Shown one piece after another: positions 34,401-49,400 of a DNA stretch of 64,000 nt; position 1 is the first letter of the stretch; every line of letters begins with the position of its first letter. Origin of the DNA: Eledone cirrhosa (Eukaryota); the NCBI GenBank assembly GCA_964016885.1, contig OZ024755.1:40300001-40364000 (forward strand), given 5' to 3'. A program made the position numbers and the translations under genes. A model generated the notes under the pieces. It was given only the letters and a program-made list of their open reading frames with translations, did not search any database and was not told the DNA's origin.

Positions 34401-37400
34401 GAACAGTACCCCAGCATGGCCACAGTCTAATGACTGACATCAACAAAAGAACAATGCCCCAGCATGGCCACAGTCTAATGACTGACACCAGGAACATAAC
34501 AATACCCCAGTATGGTCACAGTCTAATGACTGCCACCAGTAACATAACAGTGCCCCAGTATGGCCACAGTCTAATGACTGACACCAGTAACATGACAGTA
34601 CCCCAGTATGGCCACAGTCTAATGACTGACACCGGTAACAGAACAGTGCCCCAGCATGGCCACAATCTAATGAGTGCCACCAATAACAGAACAATGCCCC
34701 AGTATGGCCACTGTCTAATGACTGACACCAGGAACATAACAGTGCTCCAGTATGGCCACAGTCTAATTACTGACGCCAGTAACATAACAGTGCCCCAGTA
34801 TGGCCACAGTCTAATGACTGCCACCAGTAACATAACAGTGCCCCAGCATGACTACAGTCTAATGACTGACACCAGTAACAGAACAATGCCCCAGTATGGC
34901 CACAGTCTAATGACTGACACCAGTAACATAACAGTGCCCCAGCATGGTCACAGTCTAATGACTGTCACCAGTAACATAACAGTGCCCCAGTATGGCCACA
35001 GTCTAATGACTGTCACCAGTAACAGAACAGTGCCCCAGTATGGCCACAGTCTAATGACTGACACCAGTAACATAACAGTACCCCAGTCTGGCCACAGTCT
35101 AATGATTGACACCAGTAACATTACAATACCCCAGTGTGGCCACAGTCTAATGACTGACACAAGTAAAATAACAGTGTCCTATGATGGCCACAGTCTAATG
35201 ACTGCCACCAGTAACATAACTGTGCCCCATTATGGCCACAGTCTAATGATTGACACCAGTAACATAACAGTGCCCCAGTATGGCCACATTCTAATGACTG
35301 ACACCAGTAACATAACAATACCACAGTATGGCCACAGTCTAATGACTGACACCAGAAACAGAACAGTGCCCCAGCATGGCCACAGTCTAATGACTGACAC
35401 CAGTAACATAAGAGTACCCCAGCATGGCCACTGTCTAATACCTGTCACCAGTAACATAACAGTGCCCCAGTATGGCCACAGTCTAATGAATGACACCAGT
35501 AACATAACAGTGCTCCAGTATGGCCACAGTCTAATGACTGACACCTGTAACATAACAGTGCCCCAGTATGGCCACAGTCTAATGCCTGCAACTAATAACA
35601 GAACAATGCCACAGTATGGCCACAGTCTAATGACTGACACCAGTAACAGAACAATGCCCCAGTATGGCCACAGTCTAATGACTGACACCAGTAACATAAC
35701 AGTACCCCGGCATGGCCACATTCTAATGACTGACACCAGTAACATAACAGTACCCCAGTCTGGCCACAGTCTAATGATTGACACCAGTAACGTTACAATA
35801 CCCCACTGTGGCCACAGTCTAATGACTGACACCAGTAACATAAGAGTACCCCAGCATGGCCACTGTCTAATGACTGTCACCAGTAACATAACAGTGCCCC
35901 AGTATGGCCACAGTCTAATGAATGACACCAGTAACATAACAGTGCTCCAGTATGGCCACAGTCTAATGACTCACACCAGTAACATAACAGTGTCCCAGGA
36001 TGGCCACAGTCTAATGACTGCCACCAGTAACATAACTGTGCCCCATTATGGCCACAGTCTAATGATTGACACCAGTAACATAACAGTGCCCCAGTATGGC
36101 CACAGTCTAATGACTGCCACCAGTAACAGAACAGTGCCCCAGCATGGCCACATTCTAATGACAGACACCAGTAACATAACAGTGCCCCAGCATGGCCACA
36201 GTCTAATGACTGACACCAGTAACATAACAGTGCCCCAGTATGGCAACAGTCCAATGACGGACACCACTGACATAACAGTGCCCCAGTATGGCCACAGTCT
36301 AATGACTGACACCAGTAACATACCAGTGCCCCAGCATGGCCACAGTCTAATGACTGACACCAGTAACATAACAGTGCCCCAGCATGGCCACAGTCTAATG
36401 ACTGACACCAGTAACATAACAGTGCCCCAGTATGGCAACAGTCCAAGGACGGACACCACTGACATAACAGTGCCCCATTATGGCCACAGTCTAATGACTG
36501 CCACCAGTAACAGAACAGTGCCCCAGTATGGCAACAGTCCAATGACTGACACCACTAACATAACAGTGCCCCAGTATGGCCACAGTCTAATGAGTGACAC
36601 CAGTAACAGAACAGTGCCCCAGCATGGCCACAGTCTAATGACTGACACCAGTAATATAACAGTGCCCCAGTATGGCCACAGTCTAATGACTGACACCAGT
36701 AATATAACAGTGCCCTAGTATGGCCACTGTCTAATGACTGACACCAGTAACATAACAGTACCCCTGTATGGCCACAGTCTAATGACTGACACCAGTAACA
36801 TAACAGTACCCCAGTATGGCCACAGTCTAATGACTAACACCAGTAACATAACAGTACCCCAGCATGGCCACAGTCTAATGACTGACACCAGTAACATAAC
36901 AGTGCCCCGGTATGGCCACAGTCTAATGACTGACACCAGTAATGTAACAGTGCCCCAGTATGGCCACAGTCTAATGACTGACACCAGTAACATAACAGTA
37001 CCCCAGTATGGCCACAGTCTAATGACTGACACCAGTAACATAACAGTGCCCCAGCATGGCCACAGTTTAATGACTGACACCAGTAACATAACAGTGCCAC
37101 AGCATGGCCACAGTCTAATGACTGACACCAGTAACATAACAGTGTCCCAGTATGGTCACAGTCTAATGACTGACACCAGTAACATAACACTGCCCCAGCA
37201 TGGCCACAGTCTAATGACTGACACCAGTAACATAACATTGCCCCAGTATGGCCACATTCTAATGACTGACACCAGTAACAGAACAATGCCACAGTATGGC
37301 CACAGTCTAATGACTGACACCAGAAACAGAACAATGCCCCAGTATGGCCACATTCTAATGACTGACACCAGTAACATAACAGTACCCCAGTATGGCCACA

Positions 37401-40400
37401 GTCTAATGACTGACACCAGTAACATAAAAGTACCCCAGTGTGGCGAGAGTCTAATGACTGAAACCAGTAACAAAACAGTGCCCCAGTATGGCCACAGTCT
37501 AATGACTGCAATCAAGGAAAAGAACAGTGCGCCAGTATGTCCACAGTCTAATGACTGCCACCAGTAACAGAACAGTGCCCCAATATGGCCACAGCCTAAT
37601 GACTGCCACCAGTAACAGAACAGTGCCCCAGCATGGCCACAGTCTAATGACTGACACCAGTAACATAACAGTGCCCCAGTATGGTCACAGTCTAATGACT
37701 GACACCAGTAACATAACAGTGCCCCAGTATGGCCACAGTCTAATGACTGACACCAGTAACATAACAGTACCCCAGTATGGCCACAGTCTAATGACTGACA
37801 CCAGTAACATACCAGTGCCCCAGCAGGGCCACAGTCTAATGACTGACACCAGTAACATAACAGTGCCCCAGCATGGCCAAAGTCTAATGACTGACACCCG
37901 TAACATAACAGTGCCCCAGTATGGCTATAGTCTAATCACTGACACCAGTAACATTACAGTACCCCAGCATGGCCGCAATCTAATGAGTGCCACCAATAAC
38001 AGAACAATGCCCCAGTATGGCCACAGCCTAATGACTGACACCACTAACATAACAGTGCCCCAGTATGGCCACAGTCTAATGAGTGACACCAGCAACATAA
38101 CAGTGCCCCAGTATGGACACAGTCTAATGACTGACACTAGTAACAGAACAGTGCCCCAGCATGGCCACAGTCTAATGACTGACACCAGTAACATAAAATA
38201 CCCCAGCATGGCCACAGTCTAATGACTGACACCAGTAACAGAACAGTGCCCCAGCATGGCCACTGTCTAATAACTGACACCAGTAACATAACAGTGCCCC
38301 AGCATGGCCACAGTCTAATGACTGACACCAGTAATATAACAGTACCCCAGTATGGCCACAGTCTAATAACTGACACCAGTAATACAACAGTGCCCCAGTA
38401 TGGCCACTGTCTAATGACTGACACCAGTAACATAACAGTGCCCCAGTATGGCCACAGTCTAATGACTGACACCAGTAATATAACAGTGCCCCAGTATGGC
38501 CACTGTCTAATGACTGACACCAGTAACATAACAGTGCCCCAGTATGGCCACAGTCTAATGACTGACACCAGTAACATAACAATACCCCAGCATGGCTACA
38601 GTCTAATGAATGACACCAGTAACATAACAGTACCCCTGTATGGCCACAGTCTAATGACTGACACCAGTAACATAACAGTACCCCAGTATGGCCACAGTCT
38701 AATGACTAACACCAGTAACATAACAGTACCCCAGCATGGCCACAGTCTAATGACTGACACCAGTAATATAACAGTGGCCCAATATGGCCACAGTCTGAGG
38801 ACTGACACCAGTAATATAACAGTGCCCCAGTATGGCCACAGTCTAATGACTGACACCAGTAACATAACAGTGCCCCAGTATGGCCACAGTCTAATGACTA
38901 ACACCAGTAACATAACAGTACCCCAGCATGGCCACAGTCTAATGACTGACACCAGTAACATAACAGTACCCCAGTATGGCCACAGTCTAATGACTGACAC
39001 CAGTAATGTAACAGTGCGCCAGTATGGCCACAGTCTAATGACTGACACCAGTAATGTAACAGTGCCCCAGTATGGCCACAGTCTAATGACTGACACCAGT
39101 AACATAACAGTACCCCAGTATGGCCACAGTCTAATGACTGACACCAGTAACATAAAATACCCCAGCATGGCCACAGTCTAATGACTGACACCAGTAACAG
39201 AACAGTGCCCCAGCATGGCCACTGTCTAATAACTGACACCAGTAACATAACAGCGCCCCAGCATGGCCACAATCTAATGACTGACACCAGTAAAATAACA
39301 GTGCCCCAGTATGGCCACAATCTAATGACTGACACCAGTAACATAACAGTACCCCAGTATGGCCACCGTCTAATGACTGACATAAGTAACATAACAGCAC
39401 CCCAGTATGGCCACAGTCTAATGACTGACACCAGTAATATAACAGTGGCCCAATATGGCCACAGTCTAATGACTGACACCAGTAATATAACAGTGCCCCA
39501 GTATGGCCACAATCTAATGACTAACACCAGTAACATAACAGTACCCCAGCATGGCCACAGTCTAATGACTGACACCAGTAATATAACAGTTCCCCTGTAT
39601 GGCCACAGTCTAATGACTGACACCAGTAACATAACAGTACCCCAGTATGGCCACAGTCTAATGACTAACACCAGTAACATAACAGTACCCCAGCATGGCC
39701 ACAGTCTAATGACTGACACCAGTAACATAACAGTGCCCCAGTATGGCCACAGTCTAATGAGTGACACCAGTAATGTGACAGTGCCCCAGTATGACCACAG
39801 TCTAATGACTGACACCAGTAACGTAACAGTGCCCCAGTATGGCCACAGTCTAATGACTGACACCAGTAACAGAACAGTACCCCAGTATGGCCACAGTCTA
39901 ATGACTGACGCCAGTAATATAACAGTGCCCCAGTATGGCCACAGTCTAATGACTGACACCAATAACATAACAGTGCCCCAGTATGGCCACAGTCTAATGA
40001 CTGACACCAATAACATAACAGTACCCCAGTATGGCCACAGTCTAATGACTGACACCAGTAACATAACAGTGCCCCAGCATGGCCACAGTTTAATGACTGA
40101 CACCACTAACATAACAGTGCCACAGCATGGCCACAGTCTAATGACTGACACCAGTAACATAACAGTGTCCCAGTATGGCCACAGTCTAATGACTGACACC
40201 AGTAACATAACACTGCCCCAGCATGGCCACAGTCTAATGACTGACACCAGTAACATAACAGTGCCCCAGTATGGCCAAAGTCTAATGACTGACACCAGTA
40301 ACAGAACAAAGCCACAGTATGGCCACAGTCTAATGACTGACGCCAGTAACATAACAGTGCCCCAGTATGGCCACAGTCTAATGACTGACACCAGTAACAT

Positions 40401-43400
40401 AACAGTACTCCAGCATGGCCACTGTCTAATAACTGACACCAGTAACATAACAGTGCCCCAGCATGGCCACAGTCTAATGACTGACACCAGTAAAATAACA
40501 GTGCCCCAGTATGGCCACAATCTAATGACTGACACCAGTAACATAACAGTGCCCCAGTTTGGCCACAGTCTAATGACTGCCACCAGTAACATAACAATGT
40601 CCCAGCATGGCTACAGTCTAATGACTGACACCAGTAACATAACAGTGCCCCAGTATGGCCACAGTCTAATGACTGACACCAGTAACATAACAGTACTCCA
40701 GCATGGCCATTGTCTAATAACTGACACCAGTAACATAACAGTGCCCCAGCATGGCCACAGTCTAATGACTGACACCGGTAAAATAACAGTGCCCCAGTAT
40801 GGCCACAATCTAATGACTGACACCAGTAACATAACAGTGCCCCAGTATGGCCACAGTCTAATGACTGCCACCAGTAACATAACAGTGCCCCAGCATGGCC
40901 ACAGTCTAATGACTGACACCAGTAAAATAGCAGTGCCCCAGTATGGCCACAATCTATTGACTGACACCAGTAACATAACAGTGCCCCAGCATGACCACAG
41001 TCTAATGACTGACACCAGTAACATAAGAGTACCCCAGCATGGCTACCTTCTAATGACTGACACCAGTAACATAACAGTGCCCCAGTATGGCCAGAGTCTA
41101 ATGACTGCCACCAGTAATATAACAGTACCCCAGCATGGCCACAGTCTACTGACTGACACCAGTAACATAACTGTACCCCAGCATGGTCACAGTTTAATGA
41201 CTGACACCAGTAACATAACAGTACCCCAGCATGGTCACAGTCTAATGACTGACACCAGAAACATAACAATGCCCCAGTATGGCCACAGTCTAATGACTGC
41301 CACAAGTAACATAACAGTACCCCAGCATGGTCACAGTCTAATGACTGACACCAGAAACATAACAATGCCCCAGTATGGCCACAGTCTAATGAGTGTCACC
41401 AGTAACATAACAGTGCCCCAGTATGGCCACAGTCTAATGACTGACACCAGTAACATAACAGTGCCCCAGTATGGCCAGAGTCTAATGACTGACACCAGTA
41501 ACATAACAGTACCCCAGCATGGCCACAGTCTACTGACTGACACCAGTAACATAACTGTACCCCAGCATGGTCACAGTGTAATGACTGACACCAGTAACAT
41601 AACAGTACCCCAGCATGGTCACAGTCTAATGACTGACACCAGAAACATAACAATGCCCCAGTATGGCCACAGTCTAATGACTGCCACAAGTAACATAACA
41701 GTACCCCAGCATGGTCACAGTCTAATGACTGACACCAGAAACATAACAATGCCCCAGTATGGCCACAGTCTTATGACTGCCACCAGTAACATAACAGTGC
41801 CCCAGTATGGCCACAGTCTAATGAATGACACCAGTAACATAACAGTGCCCCAGTATGGCCACAGTCTAATGACTGACACCAGTAACATAAAAGTGCCCCA
41901 GCATGGCAACAGTCTAATGAGTGACACCAGTAACAGAACAGTGCCCCAGCATGGCCACAGTCTAATGACTGACGCCAGTAACATAAAATACCCCAGCATG
42001 GCCACAGTCTAATGACTGACACCAGTAACAGAACAGTGCCCCAGCATGGCCACTGTCTAATAACTGACACCAGTAACATAACAGTGCCCCAGCATGGCCA
42101 CAATCTAATGACTGACACCAGTAAAATAACAGTACCCCAGTATGGCCACTGTCTAATGACTGACACAAGTAACATAACAGCACCCCATTATGGCCACAGT
42201 CTAATGACTGACACCAGTAAAATAACTGTGCCCCAGTATGGCCACAATCTAATGACTGACACCAGTAACATAACAGTGCCCCAGTATGGCCACAGTCTAA
42301 TGACTGATACCAGTAACATAACAATGACCAAGCATGGCTATAGTCTAATGACTGACACCAGTAACATAACAGTGCCCCAGTATGGCCACAGTCTAATGAC
42401 TGACACCAGTAACATGACAGTACCCCAGTATGGCAACAGTCTAATGACTGACACCGGTAACATAACAGTGCCCCAGAATGGCCACAGTCTAATGAATGAC
42501 ACCAGTAACATAACAGTGCCCCAGTATGGCCACAGTCTAATGACTGACACCAGTAACATAACAATACCCCAGTATGGCCACAGCCTAATGACTGACAGCA
42601 GTAAAATAACAGTGCCCCAGTATGGCCACAGTCTAATCACTGCCAACAGTAACATAACAGTGCCCCAGTATGGCCAAAGTCCTTTGACTGACACCAGTAA
42701 CATAACAGTGCCCCAGCATGGCGACAATCTAATGACTGACACCAGTAACATAACAGTACCCGAGCATGGCCACAGTCTAATGACTGACACCAGTAACAAA
42801 ACACTGCCCCAGCATGGCCACAGTCTAATGACTGACACCAGTAATGTAACAGTGCCCCAGTATGGCCACAGTCTAATGACTGACACCAGTAACATAACAG
42901 TACCCCAGTATGGCCACAGTCTAATGACTGACACCAGTAACATAACAGTGCCCCAGCATGGCCACAGTTTAATGACTGACACCAGTAACATAACAGTGCC
43001 ACAGCATGGCCACAGTCTAATGACTGACACCAGTAACATAACAGTGTCCCAGTATGGTCACAGTCTAATGACTGACACCAGTAACATAACACTGCCCCAG
43101 CATGGCCACAGTCTAATGACTGACACCAGTAACATAACAGTGCCCCAGTATGGCCACATTCTAATGACTGACACCAGTAACAGAACAATGCCACAGTATG
43201 GCCACAGTCTAATGACTGACACCAGAAACAGAACAATGCCCCAGTATGGCCACATTCTAATGACTGACACCAGTAACATAACAGTACCCCAGTATGGCCA
43301 CAGTCTAATGACTGACACCAGTAACATAAAAGTACCCCAGTGTGGCGAGAGTCTAATGACTGAAACCAGTAACAAAACAGTGCCCCAGTATGGCCACAGT

Positions 43401-46400
43401 CTAATGACTGCAATCAAGGAAAAGAACAGTGCGCCAGTATGTCCACAGTCTAATGACTGCCACCAGTAACAGAACAGTGCCCCAATATGGCCACAGCCGA
43501 ATGACTGCCACCAGTAACAGAACAGTGCCCCAGCATGGCCACAGTCTAATGACTGACACCAGTAACATAACAGTGCCCCAGTATGGTCACAGTCTAATGA
43601 CTGACACCAGTAACATAACAGTGCCCCAGTATGGCCACAGTCTAATGACTGACACCAGTAACATAACAGTACCCCAGTATGGCCACAGTCTAATGACTGA
43701 CACCAGTAACATACCAGTGCCCCAGCATGGCCACAGTCTAATGACTGACACCAGTAACATAACAGTGCCCCAGCATGGCCAAAGTCTAATGACTGACACC
43801 CGTAACATAACAGTGCCCCAGTATGGCTATAGTCTAATCACTGACACCAGTAACATTACAGTACCCCAGCATGGCCGCAATCTAATGAGTGCCACCAATA
43901 ACAGAACAATGCCCCAGTATGGCCACAGCCTAATGACTGACACCACTAACATAACAGTGCCCCAGTATGGCCACAGTCTAATGAGTGACACCAGCAACAT
44001 AACAGTGCCCCAGTATGGACACAGTCTAATGACTGACACTAGTAACAGAACAGTGCCCCAGCATGGCCACAGTCTAATGGCTGACACCAGTAACAGAACA
44101 ATGCCACAGTATGGCCACAGTCTAATGACTGACACCAGAAACAGAACAATGCCCCAGTATGGCCACATTCTAATGACTGACACCAGTAACATAACAGTAC
44201 CCCAGTATGGCCACAGTCTAATGACTGACACCAGTAACATAAAAGTACCCCAGTGTGGCGAGAGTCTAATGACTGAAACCAGTAACAAAACAGTGCCCCA
44301 GTATGGCCACAGTCTAATGACTGCAATCAAGGAAAAGAACAGTGCGCCAGTATGTCCACAGTCTAATGACTGCCACCAGTAACAGAACAGTGCCCCAATA
44401 TGGCCACAGCCTAATGACTGCCACCAGTAACAGAACAGTGCCCCAGCATGGCCACAGTCTAATGACTGACACCAGTAACATAACAGTGCCCCAGTATGGT
44501 CACAGTCTAATGACTGACACCAGTAACATAACAGTGCCCCAGTATGGCCACAGTCTAATGACTGACACCAGTAACATAACAGTACCCCAGTATGGCCACA
44601 GTCTAATGACTGACACCAGTAACATACCAGTGCCCCAGCATGGCCACAGTCTAATGACTGACACCAGTAACATAACAGTGCCCCAGCATGGCCAAAGTCT
44701 AATGACTGACACCCGTAACATAACAGTGCCCCAGTATGGCTATAGTCTAATCACTGACACCAGTAACATTACAGTACCCCAGCATGGCCGCAATCTAATG
44801 ACTGACACCAGTAACATAAAATACCCCAGCATGGCCACAGTCTAATGACTGACACCAGTAACAGAACAGTGCCCCAGCATGGCCACTGTCTAATAACTGA
44901 CACCAGTAACATAACAGTGCCCCAGCATGGCCACAGTCTAATGACTGACACCAGTAATATAACAGTACCCCAGTATGGCCACAGTCTAATAACTGACACC
45001 AGTAATACAACAGTGCCCCAGTATGGCCACTGTCTAATGACTGACACCAGTAACATAACAGTGCCCCAGTATGGCCACAGTCTAATGACTGACACCAGTA
45101 ATATAACAGTGCCCCAGTATGGCCACTGTCTAATGACTGACACCAGTAACATAACAGTGCCCCAGTATGGCCACAGTCTAATGACTGACACCAGTAACAT
45201 AACAGTGCCCCAGCATGGCCACAGTCTAATGACTAACACCAGTAACATAACAGTACCCCAGCATGGCCACAGTCTAATGACTGACACCAGTAATATAACA
45301 GTGGCCCAATATGGCCACAGTCTGAGGACTGACACCAGTAATATAACAGTGCCCCAGTATGGGCCACAGTCTAATGACTGACACCAGTAACATAACAGTG
45401 CCCCACTATGGCCACAGTCTAATGACTAACACCAGTAACATAACAGTACCCCAGCATGGCCACAGTCTAATGACTGACACCAGTAACATAACAGTACCCC
45501 AGTATGGCCACAGTCTAATGACTGACACCAGTAATGTAACAGTGCGCCAGTATGGCCACAGTCTAATGACTGACACCAGTAATGTAACAGTGCCCCAGTA
45601 TGGCCACAGTCTAATGACTGACACCAGTAACATAACAGTACCCCAGTATGGCCACAGTCTAATGACTGACACCAGTAACATAAAATACCCCAGCATGGCC
45701 ACAGTCTAATGACTGACACCAGTAAAATAACAGTGCCCCAGTATGGCCACAATCTAATGACTGACACCAGTAACATAACAGTACCCCAGTATGGCCACCG
45801 TCTAATGACTGACATAAGTAACATAACAGCACCCCAGTATGGCCACAGTCTAATGACTGACACCAGTAATATAACAGTGCCCCAGTATGGCCACAGTCTA
45901 ATGACTGACACCAGTAATATAACAGTGCCCCAGTATGGCCACAGTCTAATGAATGACACCAGTAACATATCAATACCCCAGTATGGCCACAGTCTAATGA
46001 CTGACACCAGTAACATAACAGTACCCCAGCATGGCCACAGTCTAATGACTGACACCAGTAATATAACAGTCGCCCAATATGGCCACAGTCTAATGACTGA
46101 CACCAGTAATATAACAGTGGCCCAATATGGCCACAGTCTAATGACTGACACCAGTAATATAACAGTGCCCCTGTATGGCCACAGTCTAATGACTGACACC
46201 AGTAACATAACAGTACCCCAGTATGGCCACAGTCTAATGACTAACACCAGTAACATAACAGTACCCCAGCATGGCCACAGTCTAATGACTGACACCAGTA
46301 ACATAACAGTGCCCCCGTATGGCCACAGTCTAATGAGTGACACCAGTAATGTGACAGTGCCCCAGTATGGCCACAGTCTAATGACTGACACCAGTAACGT

Positions 46401-49400
46401 AACAGTGCCCCAGTATGGCCACAGTCTAATGACTGACACCAGTAACAGAACAGTACCCCAGTATGGCCACAGTCTAATGACTGACGCCAGTAATATAACA
46501 GTGCCCCAGTATGGCCACAGTCTAATGACTGACACCAATAACATAACAGTGCCCCAGTATGGCCACAGTCTAATGACTGACACCAATAACATAACAGTAC
46601 CCCAGTATGGCCACAGTCTAATGACTGACACCAGTAACATAACAGTGCCCCAGCATGGCCACAGTTTAATGACTGACACCAGTAACATAACAGTGCCACA
46701 GCATGGCCACAGTCTAATGACTGACACCAGTAACATAACAGTGTCCCAGTATGGCCACAGTCTAATGACTGACACCAGTAACATAACACTGCCCCAGCAT
46801 GGCCACAGTCTAATGACTGACACCAGTAACATAACAGTGCCCCAGTATGGCCAAAGTCTAATGACTGACACCAGTAACAGAACAATGCCACAGTATGGCC
46901 ACAGTCTAATGACTGACACCAGTAACATAACAGTGCCCCAGTATGGCCACAGTCTAATGACTGACACCAGTAACATAACAGTACTCCAGCATGGCCACTG
47001 TCTAATAACTGACACCAGTAACATAACAGTGCCCCAGCATGGCCACAGTCTAATGACTGACACCAGTAAAATAACAGTGCCCCAGTATGGCCACAATCTA
47101 ATAACTGACACCAGTAACATAACAGTGCCCCAGTTTGGCCACAGTCTAATGACTGCCACCAGTAACATAACAATGTCCCAGCATGGCTACAGTCTAATGA
47201 CTGACACCAGTAACATAACAGTGCCCCAGTATGGCCACAGTCTAATGACTGACACCAGTAACATAACAGTACTCCAGCATGGCCACTGTCTAATAACTGA
47301 CACCAGTAACATAACAGTGCCCCAGCATGGCCACAGTCTAATGACTGACACCAGTAAAATAACAGTGCCCCAGTATGGCCACAATCTAATGACTGACACC
47401 AGTAACATAACAGTGCCCCAGTATGGCCACAGTCTAATGACTGCCACCAGTAACATAACAGTGCCCCAGCATGGCCACAGTCTAATGACTGACACCAGTA
47501 AAATAGCAGTGCCCCAGTATGGCCACAATCTATTGACTGACACCAGTAACATAACAGTGCCCCAGCATGACCACAGTCTAATGACTGACACCAGTAACAT
47601 AAGAGTACCCCAGCATGGCTACCTTCTAATGACTGACACCAGTAACATAACAGTGCCCCAGTATGGCCAGAGTCTAATGACTGCCACCAGTAATATAACA
47701 GAACCCCAGCATGGCCACAGTCTACTGACTGACACCAGTAACATAACTGTACCCCAGCATGGTCACAGTTTAATGACTGACACCAGTAACATAACAGTAC
47801 CCCAGCATGGTCACAGTCTAATGACTGACACCAGAAACATAACAATGCCCCAGTATGGCCACAGTCTAATGACTGCCACAAGTAACATAACAGTACCCCA
47901 GCATGGTCACAGTCTAATGACTGACACCAGAAACATAACAATGCCCCAGTATGGCCACAGTCTAATGAGTGTCACCAGTAACATAACAGTGCCCCAGTAT
48001 GGCCACAGTCTAATGACTGACACCAGTAACATAACAGTGCCCCAGTATGGCCAGAGTCTAATGACTGACACCAGTAACATAACAGTACCCCAGCATGGCC
48101 ACAGTCTACTGACTGACACCAGTAACATAACTGTACCCCAGCATGGTCACAGTTTAATGACTGACACCAGTAACATAACAGTACCCCAGCATGGTCACAG
48201 TCTAATGACTGACACCAGAAACATAACAATGCCTCAGTATGGCCACAGTCTAATGAATGCCACAAATAACATAACAGTACCCCAGCATGGTCACAGTCTA
48301 ATGACTGACACCAGAAACATAACAATGCCCCAGTATGGCCACAGTCTAATGACTGCCACCAGTAACATAACAGTGCCCCAGTATGGCCACAGTCTAATGA
48401 ATGACACCAGTAACATAACAGTGCCCCAGTATGGCCACAGTCTAATGACTGACACCAGTAACATAAAAGTGCCCCAGCATGGCAACAGTCTAATGAGTGA
48501 CACCAGTAACAGAACAGTGCCCCAGCATGGCCACAGTCTAATGACTGACGCCAGTAACATAAAATACCCCAGCATGGCCACAGTCTAATGACTGACACCA
48601 GTAACAGAACAGTGCCCCAGCATGGCCACTGTCTAATAACTGACACCAGTAACATAACAGTGCCCCAGCATGGCCACAATCTAATGACTGACACCAGTAA
48701 AATAACAGTACCCCAGTATGGCCACTGTCTAATGACTGACACAAGTAACATAACAGCACCCCATTATGGCCACAGTCTAATGACTGACACCAGTAAAATA
48801 ACTGTGCCCCAGTATGGCCACAATCTAATGACTGACACCAGTAACATAACAGTGCCCCAGTATGGCCACAGTCTAATGACTGATACCAGTAACATAACAA
48901 TGACCAAGCATGGCTATAGTCTAATGACTGACACCAGTAACATAACAGTGCCCCAGTATGGCCACAGTCTAATGACTGACACCAGTAACATGACAGTACC
49001 CCAGTATGGCAACAGTCTAATGACTGACATCGGTAACATAACAGTGCCCCAGAATGGCCACAGTCTAATGAATGACACCAGTAACATAACAGTGCCCCAG
49101 TATGGCCACAGTCTAATGACTGACACCAGTAACATAACAATACCCCAGTATGGCCACAGCCTAATGACTGACAGCAGTAAAATAACAGTGCCCCAGTATG
49201 GCCACAGTCTAATCACTGCCAACAGTAACATAACAGTGCCCCAGTATGGCCAAAGTCCTTTGACTGACACCAGTAACATAACAGTGCCCCAGCATGGCGA
49301 CAATCTAATGACTGACACCAGTAACATAACAGTACCCGAGCATGGCCACAGTCTAATGACTGACACCAGTAACAAAACACTGCCCCAGCATGGCCACAGT

